64,000 bases of DNA. Origin: an uncultured Rikenellaceae bacterium. Lineage in GTDB: Bacteria; Bacteroidota; Bacteroidia; Bacteroidales; VadinHA17. Location of the stretch: NCBI GenBank assembly GCA_964577305.1, contig CAZNYS010000005.1:36193-100192 (forward strand). Reading direction: 5' to 3'. Below are positions 1 to 7,534 of this stretch, piece by piece. The notes under the pieces are model-generated. The model was not told where the DNA came from and ran no database searches. It saw nothing but the letters and a program-made list of their open reading frames with translations. How positions within the stretch are numbered: the stretch's first letter is position 1; every line of letters starts with the position of its first letter. The position numbers were made by a program, and so were the translations under genes.

Positions 1-1479
1 GAGTATCCCATATAATTCCTTTCCATCTGCATCAAGGTATTTAACAAGCTCGCTCCTTGTAATCTTCTTATTTTCAATCCATGGATTAAGATCTGTAAGT
101 TGTTTTATATTTTCAAATGCAGGATCCGAAACATAGAAATCCTCAGGCTTGTCTCCATCTGAAAGACTATAGAATAACTTGCTTCCGTCTTCCGACATCT
201 GCCATGATGAATACAGGTTTGAGTCTTTGACGAGGTCCCTGAATTGCCTGGTTTCAAGATCATATTCCACAAGGCCTCTTTCCCATTTATCCCTTGCTGA
301 ATAGCTCATGTACCATGAGCTCCCATCAGGCTTCCAGTCAACGATCCTGAGCCTGGGACTCTCTTCCTCATCTTCAGGCAGTTCATACACAAGCTCCATA
401 TCTTTGGTATCAATATCGATCATCCAGTATCCTTTTTTTGTTGAAGCCAGCACATATTGACCATCGGGGTTCCACCTCATAACTGAAAATTTTGCTTCCG
501 AGGTATCTTTCTTAACTACTTCGGTTGTATCAGAGGATATCTTTACTGCTTCCTTATCAAACACTGATCTGATGAATACATGATCTGAATCACTATATGC
601 ATACTTTGTCTTCGTGTCATCCCAGCTGATACTGATCCTCTTTTCAGATTTTTCCTTAAGTGTATCCACCATTGATGGCGTATCCAGGTCAATCATATAC
701 AAACCATAATCAGTACCACCACGCCTGTCATAGCTGGTTTTTTTCGGAACAAATTCAACAAATACCATTTTATTACCTTCTTCTGTCAGGGAAACATTTG
801 AATACCTGCCCTCAGGAAGTAATCGTTCAACACTTCCTGAACTGATATCCACTTTTACAGGGATTGAAAGTGAAGAATGGTTTTGAATCTCATCCCATTT
901 GAGGAAGGGCCTTTTTGAGTCATATACTGTAATAGGTCCTACAGTTGCTTCCCTGAATAATGAATCACCTTTGTTCTTCCAGTTTTCTGACCTGAGAGAA
1001 ATAATAAGATATTCACTATCAGGTGTCCACTCAAGCAAAGAGTTGGAAGCTATATCAAGGTCTGTCTTCAACTTTATGCTTTTTGTCCTGCCATTTGCTG
1101 TATTATGTATATACAACCTGAACTCACCTTCTTCATATGCCAGGCATGCAAGATCGCTCCCTCCGGGGCTCCATTTTAAACCTCCCATTATCTTCCCCGT
1201 ATCAAATATCATATCAGTTGCATCTTCTTTTGTGTCAATAATCACAATCTCACTTGTATAGGGAGCTACATAATTTGGATCACCGTATCTTCCATGATCA
1301 ATATTAAGGCGGTCTTTCCGTGCCCTTATGACGCCCGCAACCAACTGTCCATCATCGGTGATATCCATTGCACTGAAAGATTTTACATTCAGGACATCCT
1401 GGGAAGTAAATGAAGTTTTTTGAGAATAAATCCAGGATGGAAATAGAATAATTAATATAAGTAGGGTAATTTTTTTCAT
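1..1479 (-). CDS. S9 family serine peptidase (prolyl oligopeptidase / acylaminoacyl-peptidase type), N-terminal beta-propeller part; 3' end runs off the window
   Basis: Absent from the ORF track because it has no in-window stop. Manual translation of the minus strand from ATG 1479..1477 gives an open 493-codon frame: MKKITLLILIILFPSWIYSQ...RWNPDGQYVLAS...VDWKPDGSSWYMSY...LTDLNPWIENKKITRSELVKYLDADGKELYGIL. It has a signal peptide, repeated W-x-PDG propeller motifs, and the linker typical just before the S9 catalytic domain. The + strand ORFs 660..845 and 899..1261 are shadow ORFs. Confidence 0.7.
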   Translation of the reverse strand, partial: MKKITLLILIILFPSWIYSQKTSFTSQDVLNVKSFSAMDITDDGQLVAGVIRARKDRLNIDHGRYGDPNYVAPYTSEIVIIDTKEDATDMIFDTGKIMGGLKWSPGGSDLACLAYEEGEFRLYIHNTANGRTKSIKLKTDLDIASNSLLEWTPDSEYLIISLRSENWKNKGDSLFREATVGPITVYDSKRPFLKWDEIQNHSSLSIPVKVDISSGSVERLLPEGRYSNVSLTEEGNKMVFVEFVPKKTSYDRRGGTDYGLYMIDLDTPSMVDTLKEKSEKRISISWDDTKTKYAYSDSDHVFIRSVFDKEAVKISSDTTEVVKKDTSEAKFSVMRWNPDGQYVLASTKKGYWMIDIDTKDMELVYELPEDEEESPRLRIVDWKPDGSSWYMSYSARDKWERGLVEYDLETRQFRDLVKDSNLYSSWQMSEDGSKLFYSLSDGDKPEDFYVSDPAFENIKQLTDLNPWIENKKITRSELVKYLDADGKELYGIL

Positions 1480-1666
1480 AGAGGTCGTTTATTTAGTTAG
1501 ACTTTGGATCAATATTTGTATACTTAATGTATACTTAAATGTAAATTTAACAATTATAGATCAGGATTAAGAACCCTGGAAACTTAATAATTGTTAATTA
1601 AGGCATAAAGAATGCTTTTTATGAGTATATTTGATAACTTTGAATAAATCAATAAATTATACAAAT

Positions 1667-2377
1667 ATGAACTGGAAAATATTATTTATTCTACCTTTCT
1701 TAATATTCATTTTTCAGAGCAGCACCTCACAGGAAAAAGAAGAAATGATAAAAATTAAAGGTTATGTTAAAACTGCCGATGACAAACCAGTGGCCAATGC
1801 TTTTATATTTATTGACGGTAAAATACTTGATACTAAAACACGTACAAATGGCAGGTTTAAAGTAAGTATACCTGAGAGTTCAGAAAAACTCTCTGTATAT
1901 ACAATTGATAACCGGTTTGCTGAACTTGACATAAATGGCAGGAAAAATTTCAGTGTAACCATTTCTGAACCCCTTAATACAAACAAAATAATATCAGATG
2001 GTCATACTGAAAAACTTATCGATCTTGGCTACTATAAGATCCAGGCTGATAAGCTTACATCCAGCGTAGGTATAGTTGAATCAAAAGAAGGTGAGGATAA
2101 CTACTACAATGATATATATGAGATGATCAAAGGTGAGCTGCCGGGGGTATCAGTAATTGGTAACAGTATTACCATTAGGGGACCAGGATCACTGAGATCA
2201 AGCAACGAACCTCTGTTCGTAGTTAACGGAATGCCTGTTAACTCAGTGACTCACATTTCACCTGCAGCTGTTGAATCAATATCAGTGCTGAGAGGAGCCT
2301 CTGCAAATATGTACGGATCCCGGGGTTCAAATGGTGTAATCGTGATACAATTGAAAAGCGGTAACAAAAAAGAATAA
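1667..2377 (+). CDS. Stand-alone CarboxypepD_reg-like + TonB-dependent-receptor plug (SusC N-terminus-like) protein, no beta-barrel
   Basis: ATG at 1667 (MNWKILFILPF signal). GYVKTADDKPVANAFIFIDG is a carboxypeptidase-regulatory-like fold motif. ELPGVSVIGNSITIRGPGSLRSSNEPLFVVNGMPV...VESISVLRGASANMYGSRGSNGVIVIQLK matches the N-terminal plug of SusC/TBDRs. The ORF stops right after the GVIxI..K motif. Confidence 0.7.
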   Translation: MNWKILFILPFLIFIFQSSTSQEKEEMIKIKGYVKTADDKPVANAFIFIDGKILDTKTRTNGRFKVSIPESSEKLSVYTIDNRFAELDINGRKNFSVTISEPLNTNKIISDGHTEKLIDLGYYKIQADKLTSSVGIVESKEGEDNYYNDIYEMIKGELPGVSVIGNSITIRGPGSLRSSNEPLFVVNGMPVNSVTHISPAAVESISVLRGASANMYGSRGSNGVIVIQLKSGNKKE

Positions 2378-2439
2378 CTCTGTATTAGCTGTTATTTTTA
2401 ATAGACTGTTTTAAATATATTATCATTGAATTTTCATAT

Positions 2440-3147
2440 ATGAAGAACAGAGCGACAATTATTATTCTTGCAGCCTTTCTGGTTGCATTTCAACCATCCA
2501 CACAAAAGGAACAGGAAACCAGGAAAACAGTAAGCGGGCATGTGAAAACGCAATCAGGCGACCCTGTAAAGAGGGCCTTGCTTTTTGTTGACGGTATGAG
2601 CATTAACACAAATACCAACAGGAAAGGAAATTATAAGATTAGAATAAGAAAGGGCACCAGGACTATTGCTGTATATTCCGATTCCCGTGGTAGCGAGGAA
2701 GCACAGTACACAGGTCAGGACACCATTAATTTTGTCCTTTCGGGTTCATTTAATGCCAGAGTATCCATTCCACAGGAAGAAGAGGAATATGTTGATATAG
2801 GATACGGAAAGGTTAAGAGAGATAACTTAACCACAAGCGTTGGCAGCGTAAGTAAAGAAAAGATCAATCAGCCACATTATACTGATATTTACACCATGAT
2901 CCAGGGTGAAGTACCAGGAGTTACTGTCTCAGGTAACACGATAATCATAAGAGGTATCCATACCATTAATGCCAGCAACGAGCCACTCTTTGTTGTAGAT
3001 GGTGTTATAGCTAGTTCTATCTCACATATCAATCCAATGGACGTCGAATCGATTGATATATTAAAAGGTGCCTCCGCAACAATCTACGGTGTCAATGGAG
3101 CCAATGGTGTAATTCTCATCAATACCAAAAAAGCCAGAAGGAAATAA
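2440..3147 (+). CDS. Second stand-alone CarboxypepD_reg-like + TBDR plug protein (tandem paralog of 1667..2377)
   Basis: Same architecture: GHVKTQSGDPVKRALLFVDG; EVPGVTVSGNTIIIRGIHTINASNEPLFVVDGV...VESIDILKGASATIYGVNGANGVILINTKK. It ends at the same domain boundary as its neighbour. Confidence 0.7.
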   Translation: MKNRATIIILAAFLVAFQPSTQKEQETRKTVSGHVKTQSGDPVKRALLFVDGMSINTNTNRKGNYKIRIRKGTRTIAVYSDSRGSEEAQYTGQDTINFVLSGSFNARVSIPQEEEEYVDIGYGKVKRDNLTTSVGSVSKEKINQPHYTDIYTMIQGEVPGVTVSGNTIIIRGIHTINASNEPLFVVDGVIASSISHINPMDVESIDILKGASATIYGVNGANGVILINTKKARRK

Positions 3148-3165
3148 TAAGCAAAAAAGGATACA

Positions 3166-3957
3166 TTGAAAAGACGCGCATTTATAACAACGGGAAGCCT
3201 CGGTGCACTCGGACTTAGCTTAAGTGATATTTCTGTTGCTGAAAGTGCAGACAACAAACCTGCTGACAGCCGAAAGAAAATACTGATTTCAGGTGGTGGA
3301 TTAAATAAATCCTTTATCACTTATCTTAATAAGCTTATAGGTAAAAAGAAGCCCCGTTTGTGTTTTCTGCCCACGGCAGCTGCTGATGACCCGCGGGTAG
3401 CAGTTTACTGGTACCAACTATGTGCAGATCTTGATGTGGTACCATATGTACAGAATATGTTCATCACAAGTTATTACATGAAAGAATCTTTTGAAGATGT
3501 TTTGCTGTCAATGGACGGAATAGTTGTGGGCGGTGGAAATACTCTTAATATGCTTGCCATATGGAAAGCACAGGGTATAGATAAGGTTCTTTACAAAGCC
3601 TGGGAAAAAGGAATAATCCTCTCCGGGGGTAGTGCCGGTTCATTATGCTGGTTCGAGGAAGGTACAACGGATTCAAGGCCAAAGGTGCTTACGAAAATAG
3701 AATGCCTGGGATTTCTTGAAGGGTCTCACTCTCCACATTATGATGGCGAAGAAGAACGAAGACCCAGGTATCATAATCTTATAAAATCAGGTGAACTGAA
3801 ACCTGGCTATGCGGTGGATAATAATGCTGCAATCTTATTTATTGACAACAAAGTAAGCGAGGTAATTGCAAGCGATAATCATAGTAATGCATATTATGTC
3901 GAATTAGTAGATGGAGAGATAAAGGAAACGGTTCTCAAACCGGATAAAATCCTGTAA
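3166..3957 (+). CDS. Peptidase S51 (dipeptidase E / cyanophycinase-like, class-I glutamine amidotransferase fold) with twin-arginine signal
   Basis: N-terminus MKRRAFITTGSLGALGLS is Tat-like. GIVVGGGNTLNMLAIW and LSGGSAGSLCWFEEG resemble the S51 nucleophile-elbow region. Confidence 0.6.
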   Translation: MKRRAFITTGSLGALGLSLSDISVAESADNKPADSRKKILISGGGLNKSFITYLNKLIGKKKPRLCFLPTAAADDPRVAVYWYQLCADLDVVPYVQNMFITSYYMKESFEDVLLSMDGIVVGGGNTLNMLAIWKAQGIDKVLYKAWEKGIILSGGSAGSLCWFEEGTTDSRPKVLTKIECLGFLEGSHSPHYDGEEERRPRYHNLIKSGELKPGYAVDNNAAILFIDNKVSEVIASDNHSNAYYVELVDGEIKETVLKPDKIL

Positions 3958-3999
3958 CTAATTGAAATTTGAAATTAACTAACTGACCTACAGCCAAAT

Positions 4000-4935
4000 A
4001 TGAATCACAATACTGATAAAAAAATCAGGATTTTTGCCCCGGCAACAGTTTCCAATGTAGGGAGTGGTTTTGATATCATGGGATTTGCTATTGAAGGAAT
4101 CGGTGATACCATCGAAATGGATTTACGAAACGACTCTTTGTTCATGATAGAAAACGACACGGGTGAAACCCTGCCTGCTGATCCGGATGAAAATGTTATT
4201 TATCCCGTTATTAAAGCACTCCAGGAAGAGCTTGGAATTGATGTAGGTGTTAATATAAAATTTATTACAAAAATCAAACCCTGCAGTGGTATAGGATCAA
4301 GCGCTGCCAGCGCAGTGGCTGCTGCATATGGCTTTAACAAGCTCCTGGGAAACCCCCTGATCAAAAAAGAGCTGATAAGATATGCAATGGAAGGTGAAAG
4401 AATGGTAAGTGGTGCCGGCCATGCTGACAATATTGCACCATGCATGCTCGGTGGTTTTATCATTATCAGGTCATACCGCCCGCTTGATATAATAGAAATA
4501 CCATACCCCGAGACTATTTATTGTACTGTTGCATTACCCGATATTGCGATAAAAACTTCTGTTGGAAGATCTGTCCTTCAAAAATCACACTCATTAAAGA
4601 AGACAATAACACAAACAGGTAATGCAGCCGGACTGGTAGCAGGAATAATCACGGGGGATTTTGAACTGATCGGAAGATCAATGGTGGATGTAATAGCCGA
4701 ACCAAGGCGCAAAGATATGATCCCGGGATTTGATGACGTGCGTAAGGCTGCTACCGGGGCCGGCGCATTGGGATGCAATATTTCAGGGTCCGGACCGGCG
4801 GTCTTTGCCCTGTCAACAGAACCCGGAAAAGCCAGGGAAGCAGGTGAAGCCATGGTTGAAACATTCAAAAAGAATAAGCTCAGTTGCCAACTGTTCGTTT
4901 CACCTATCAGCAGGAAAGGTGTCTGTGAAATCTAA
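4000..4935 (+). CDS. thrB: Homoserine kinase
   Basis: GHMP kinase motifs: APATVSNVGSGFDIMG and PCSGIGSSAASAVAAAYG. About 311 aa, directly upstream of thrC. Confidence 0.85.
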   Translation: MNHNTDKKIRIFAPATVSNVGSGFDIMGFAIEGIGDTIEMDLRNDSLFMIENDTGETLPADPDENVIYPVIKALQEELGIDVGVNIKFITKIKPCSGIGSSAASAVAAAYGFNKLLGNPLIKKELIRYAMEGERMVSGAGHADNIAPCMLGGFIIIRSYRPLDIIEIPYPETIYCTVALPDIAIKTSVGRSVLQKSHSLKKTITQTGNAAGLVAGIITGDFELIGRSMVDVIAEPRRKDMIPGFDDVRKAATGAGALGCNISGSGPAVFALSTEPGKAREAGEAMVETFKKNKLSCQLFVSPISRKGVCEI

Positions 4936-4946
4936 TATCTTCATCC

Positions 4947-6227
4947 ATGAAATTCGTAAGTAGCAGGTACAAGTCCCGCCTGTTCAGCCTGAAAGATACT
5001 GTTTATGCCGGCCTTGCACCTGACGGAGGTCTTTTTATGCCGGAAAAGTACCCTCCTCTATCCCTGAGAAATTACAAAAACCAGGAGCACGAAATTTTTT
5101 CTCACATGGCTTTCAATCTCGCAAAACCATACCTTGAAGAAGATATGGATGACCATACCATAAGAAAAATAGTTACCGAGGCCTTTGATTTTGAAATTCC
5201 CCTCAAAAAGATAAAGGAAGATATCTATACCCTCGAATTATTTCATGGCCCTACGCTGGCCTTTAAGGATATTGGAGCGAGATTTATGGCAAAGCTGATG
5301 GCTGAATTAAACTGGGATAATGAAGATATAACTATCCTTGTAGCCACCTCAGGCGATACAGGTGGAGCTGTAGCATCCGGGTTTCACAGAATAGAGAATA
5401 TTAAAGTGGTAGTGCTTTATCCCGCAGGCAAAGTGAGTAAATTCCAGGAAAAACAGTTTACTACACTGGGTGATAATATTGACTGCCTGGCTGTTGATGG
5501 TAGTTTTGATGATTGCCAGAGGCTGGTGAAGGAAGCTTTTATAGATAATGAACTCAGAAAAAAACGCAAACTGACATCGGCCAACTCAATAAATATTGGC
5601 AGATGGCTGCCCCAGTCATTCTACTATAGCTGGGGTTTGCTAAAGTGGGTAAAAGAAAATCCCAGCATATTACCGGTTGTATCTGTACCAAGTGGTAATT
5701 ACGGAAACCTCACAGCAGGTATGCTGGCGTATGAATCGGGTATGCCATTTACGGGGTTTATTGCCGCTTCAAACATTAATAATACTATTCCCCTGTACCT
5801 GCGGTCAGGCATCTTTGAACCCAAGGAATCTGTGCAGACTATAACCAATGCAATGGATGTAGGTAATCCTTCAAACTTCGAAAGGATGAAATATATTGGC
5901 GGGACATGGAAAAATATCAATGAACTTGTATCTGCTTATGAATTCCGAGACCAGGAAATACTTAAGTGTATAGAGAGAGTATATGATGAAACCGGTTATA
6001 TCCTTGAACCACATAGTGCCACAGGATATATGGCGCTTGAAAAATCAAAACGTAAAGGCTTCTTTATAGCTACCGCTCACCCTGTGAAATTTCTTGATGT
6101 AATCCCCGAAAAGATCAGGGAACAGGTTGAGCTACCTTCTCATTTCAGCAAATTTGAGACTGAAGGGTCATCACTGGGCATGTCAGGTAATTACTTTGAT
6201 TTCAGGGAATATCTTATAAAAGGCTAA
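4947..6227 (+). CDS. thrC: Threonine synthase
   Basis: PLP-lysine motif FHGPTLAFKDIGARF; ATSGDTGGA; 426 aa; follows thrB. Confidence 0.88.
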   Translation: MKFVSSRYKSRLFSLKDTVYAGLAPDGGLFMPEKYPPLSLRNYKNQEHEIFSHMAFNLAKPYLEEDMDDHTIRKIVTEAFDFEIPLKKIKEDIYTLELFHGPTLAFKDIGARFMAKLMAELNWDNEDITILVATSGDTGGAVASGFHRIENIKVVVLYPAGKVSKFQEKQFTTLGDNIDCLAVDGSFDDCQRLVKEAFIDNELRKKRKLTSANSINIGRWLPQSFYYSWGLLKWVKENPSILPVVSVPSGNYGNLTAGMLAYESGMPFTGFIAASNINNTIPLYLRSGIFEPKESVQTITNAMDVGNPSNFERMKYIGGTWKNINELVSAYEFRDQEILKCIERVYDETGYILEPHSATGYMALEKSKRKGFFIATAHPVKFLDVIPEKIREQVELPSHFSKFETEGSSLGMSGNYFDFREYLIKG

Positions 6228-6232
6228 GGTCC

Positions 6233-6254
6233 CGAAAAAGCATATGCTTTTTCG
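6233..6254 (+). terminator. Perfect 22-nt palindrome hairpin after thrC
   Basis: cgaaaaagcatatgctttttcg begins 6 nt after the thrC stop. No long T-run follows, which is common in Bacteroidota. Confidence 0.5.
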
Positions 6255-6349
6255 AGGATTCTCGAATCGAAGATTCGGAACTGAGGCTAAGGCTAAGAAA
6301 AATTGCTTGTTGTTCAAATCGAGAATTGCTGTAACGTCATGTGTCAGCA

Positions 6350-6430
6350 TGACAAATTACGCTCTGCTTACGCAGAGCAAATTACACGAGCAAAGCGAGC
6401 CAATTACGCGAACACAGTGAGCAAATTACA
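6350..6430. repeat. Four phased (g)CAAATTAC / CCAATTAC motifs (ATTAC at 6356, 6381, 6403, 6425; spacing 25/22/22 nt) with interspersed hairpins
   Basis: Read directly: gaCAAATTACgctctgcttacgcagaGCAAATTACacgagcaaagcgaGCCAATTACgcgaacacagtgaGCAAATTAC. gctctgcttacgcagagc is a perfect 7-bp hairpin. Confidence 0.6.
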
Positions 6431-6519
6431 TTATTTTTTAAAAAAATTTGGATTATTCAAAAACATGTATTAAGTTTGTATTGCAAACTATATTATATTA
6501 CAATTTAAATAACATCGCC

Positions 6520-7149
6520 ATGAAAAATAATTTAACCGGAAAAACACTTGAGAGAAATACCTACAGAATGATTTACCGTGATGGTATTTTTGATCTCGCA
6601 TTTGGATCAATGTTTATTATATACAGCATAAATATGTACCTGGATATTAATAATATTGACACATCATTATTTATGAGAATCCTGATAGTCCCGGTTGTTC
6701 TTATTCTTGCCGCAATAAAGCTCCTCATTACCCAGAAAAGGATAGGATACGTGAAATTCAAACGAAGCAGGAACAGGAAAAAACTGATCAGTTTTATTAT
6801 CGCTACAGCAGCTCTTGTTTTTACAACAATCATTTACATACTGGCTGCAGGAGGTAAAATAAACTCATCGGACGGAAATGAATGGATTTCCCTGCTTATT
6901 GAATTCGTATTCCTTGTGTCTGTTTTTTTCCTGTTGGCGTATTATACCGATTATTATAAATTCTATATTATCGGGCTTGCCATGGGTTTTGGTTCTCCTG
7001 TATCCATCTATCTTGAACCTTATCTTGGTACAAGGTATTACGGACTGGCATTGTTGTTTATCGTTGGGACAGTACTCATAGTATCAGGTATAATACTGTT
7101 AATCAATCTTTTAAACCAATTCCCAAAAAATCCCGATTATGAAGACTAA
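6520..7149 (+). CDS. Multi-pass membrane protein of unknown function
   Basis: ATG at 6520 (MKNNLTGK) is the more plausible start within track ORF 6448..7149. It has several hydrophobic helices. The 3' end overlaps the downstream regulator by 11 nt, consistent with an operon. Confidence 0.6.
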   Translation: MKNNLTGKTLERNTYRMIYRDGIFDLAFGSMFIIYSINMYLDINNIDTSLFMRILIVPVVLILAAIKLLITQKRIGYVKFKRSRNRKKLISFIIATAALVFTTIIYILAAGGKINSSDGNEWISLLIEFVFLVSVFFLLAYYTDYYKFYIIGLAMGFGSPVSIYLEPYLGTRYYGLALLFIVGTVLIVSGIILLINLLNQFPKNPDYED

Positions 7150-7450
7150 TCCAGACTTTTCAATCATAGCCGGTATCAACAAGCTTATACATGAACCGGC
7201 ACGCATGGCAATTATCAGCCTGTTATCAGTAGTTGAAGAAGCCGATTTTATCTTTCTTATGAACAGTACCGGCCTTACACAGGGAAACCTTTCTTCACAC
7301 CTTGCCAGACTGGAAGAAGCAGGATATGTTGAAATCGAAAAGACATTCAAAGGCAAACGGCCTCATACTGTTGCCAGGATTACAGATTCAGGTCAAAGAG
7401 AACTGGATCTTTACCTGAAAACCATAAAGGCATTCTTAAACTACTTCTGA
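7139..7450 (+). CDS. Winged-helix (ArsR/MarR-like) transcriptional regulator
   Basis: 103 aa. IHEPARMAIISLL...LTQGNLSSHLARLEEAGYVEIEK is a typical wHTH recognition helix plus wing. Confidence 0.6.
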   Translation: MKTNPDFSIIAGINKLIHEPARMAIISLLSVVEEADFIFLMNSTGLTQGNLSSHLARLEEAGYVEIEKTFKGKRPHTVARITDSGQRELDLYLKTIKAFLNYF

Positions 7451-7475
7451 TATTGCATCGTAGGATTGAAAATTT

Positions 7476-7521
7476 AAGATTAACGATTTTAGAATTTCTT
7501 GAATCTTAAATCGTTAATCTT
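7476..7521. terminator. Bidirectional hairpin between convergent genes
   Basis: aagattaacgattt (7476..7489) is perfectly complementary to aaatcgttaatctt (7508..7521): a 14-bp stem. Confidence 0.6.
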
Positions 7522-7534
7522 ATATCTTATATCA

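Noticed and set aside
660-1261. Plus-strand ORFs 660..845 and 899..1261
   Set aside because: They lie opposite an uninterrupted 493-codon minus-strand frame with clear S9 peptidase propeller features.
6350-6430. Mini-CRISPR array
   Set aside because: There are only four short (8-9 nt) degenerate repeats with 13-17-nt spacers, far below CRISPR repeat and spacer sizes. No cas genes are present.
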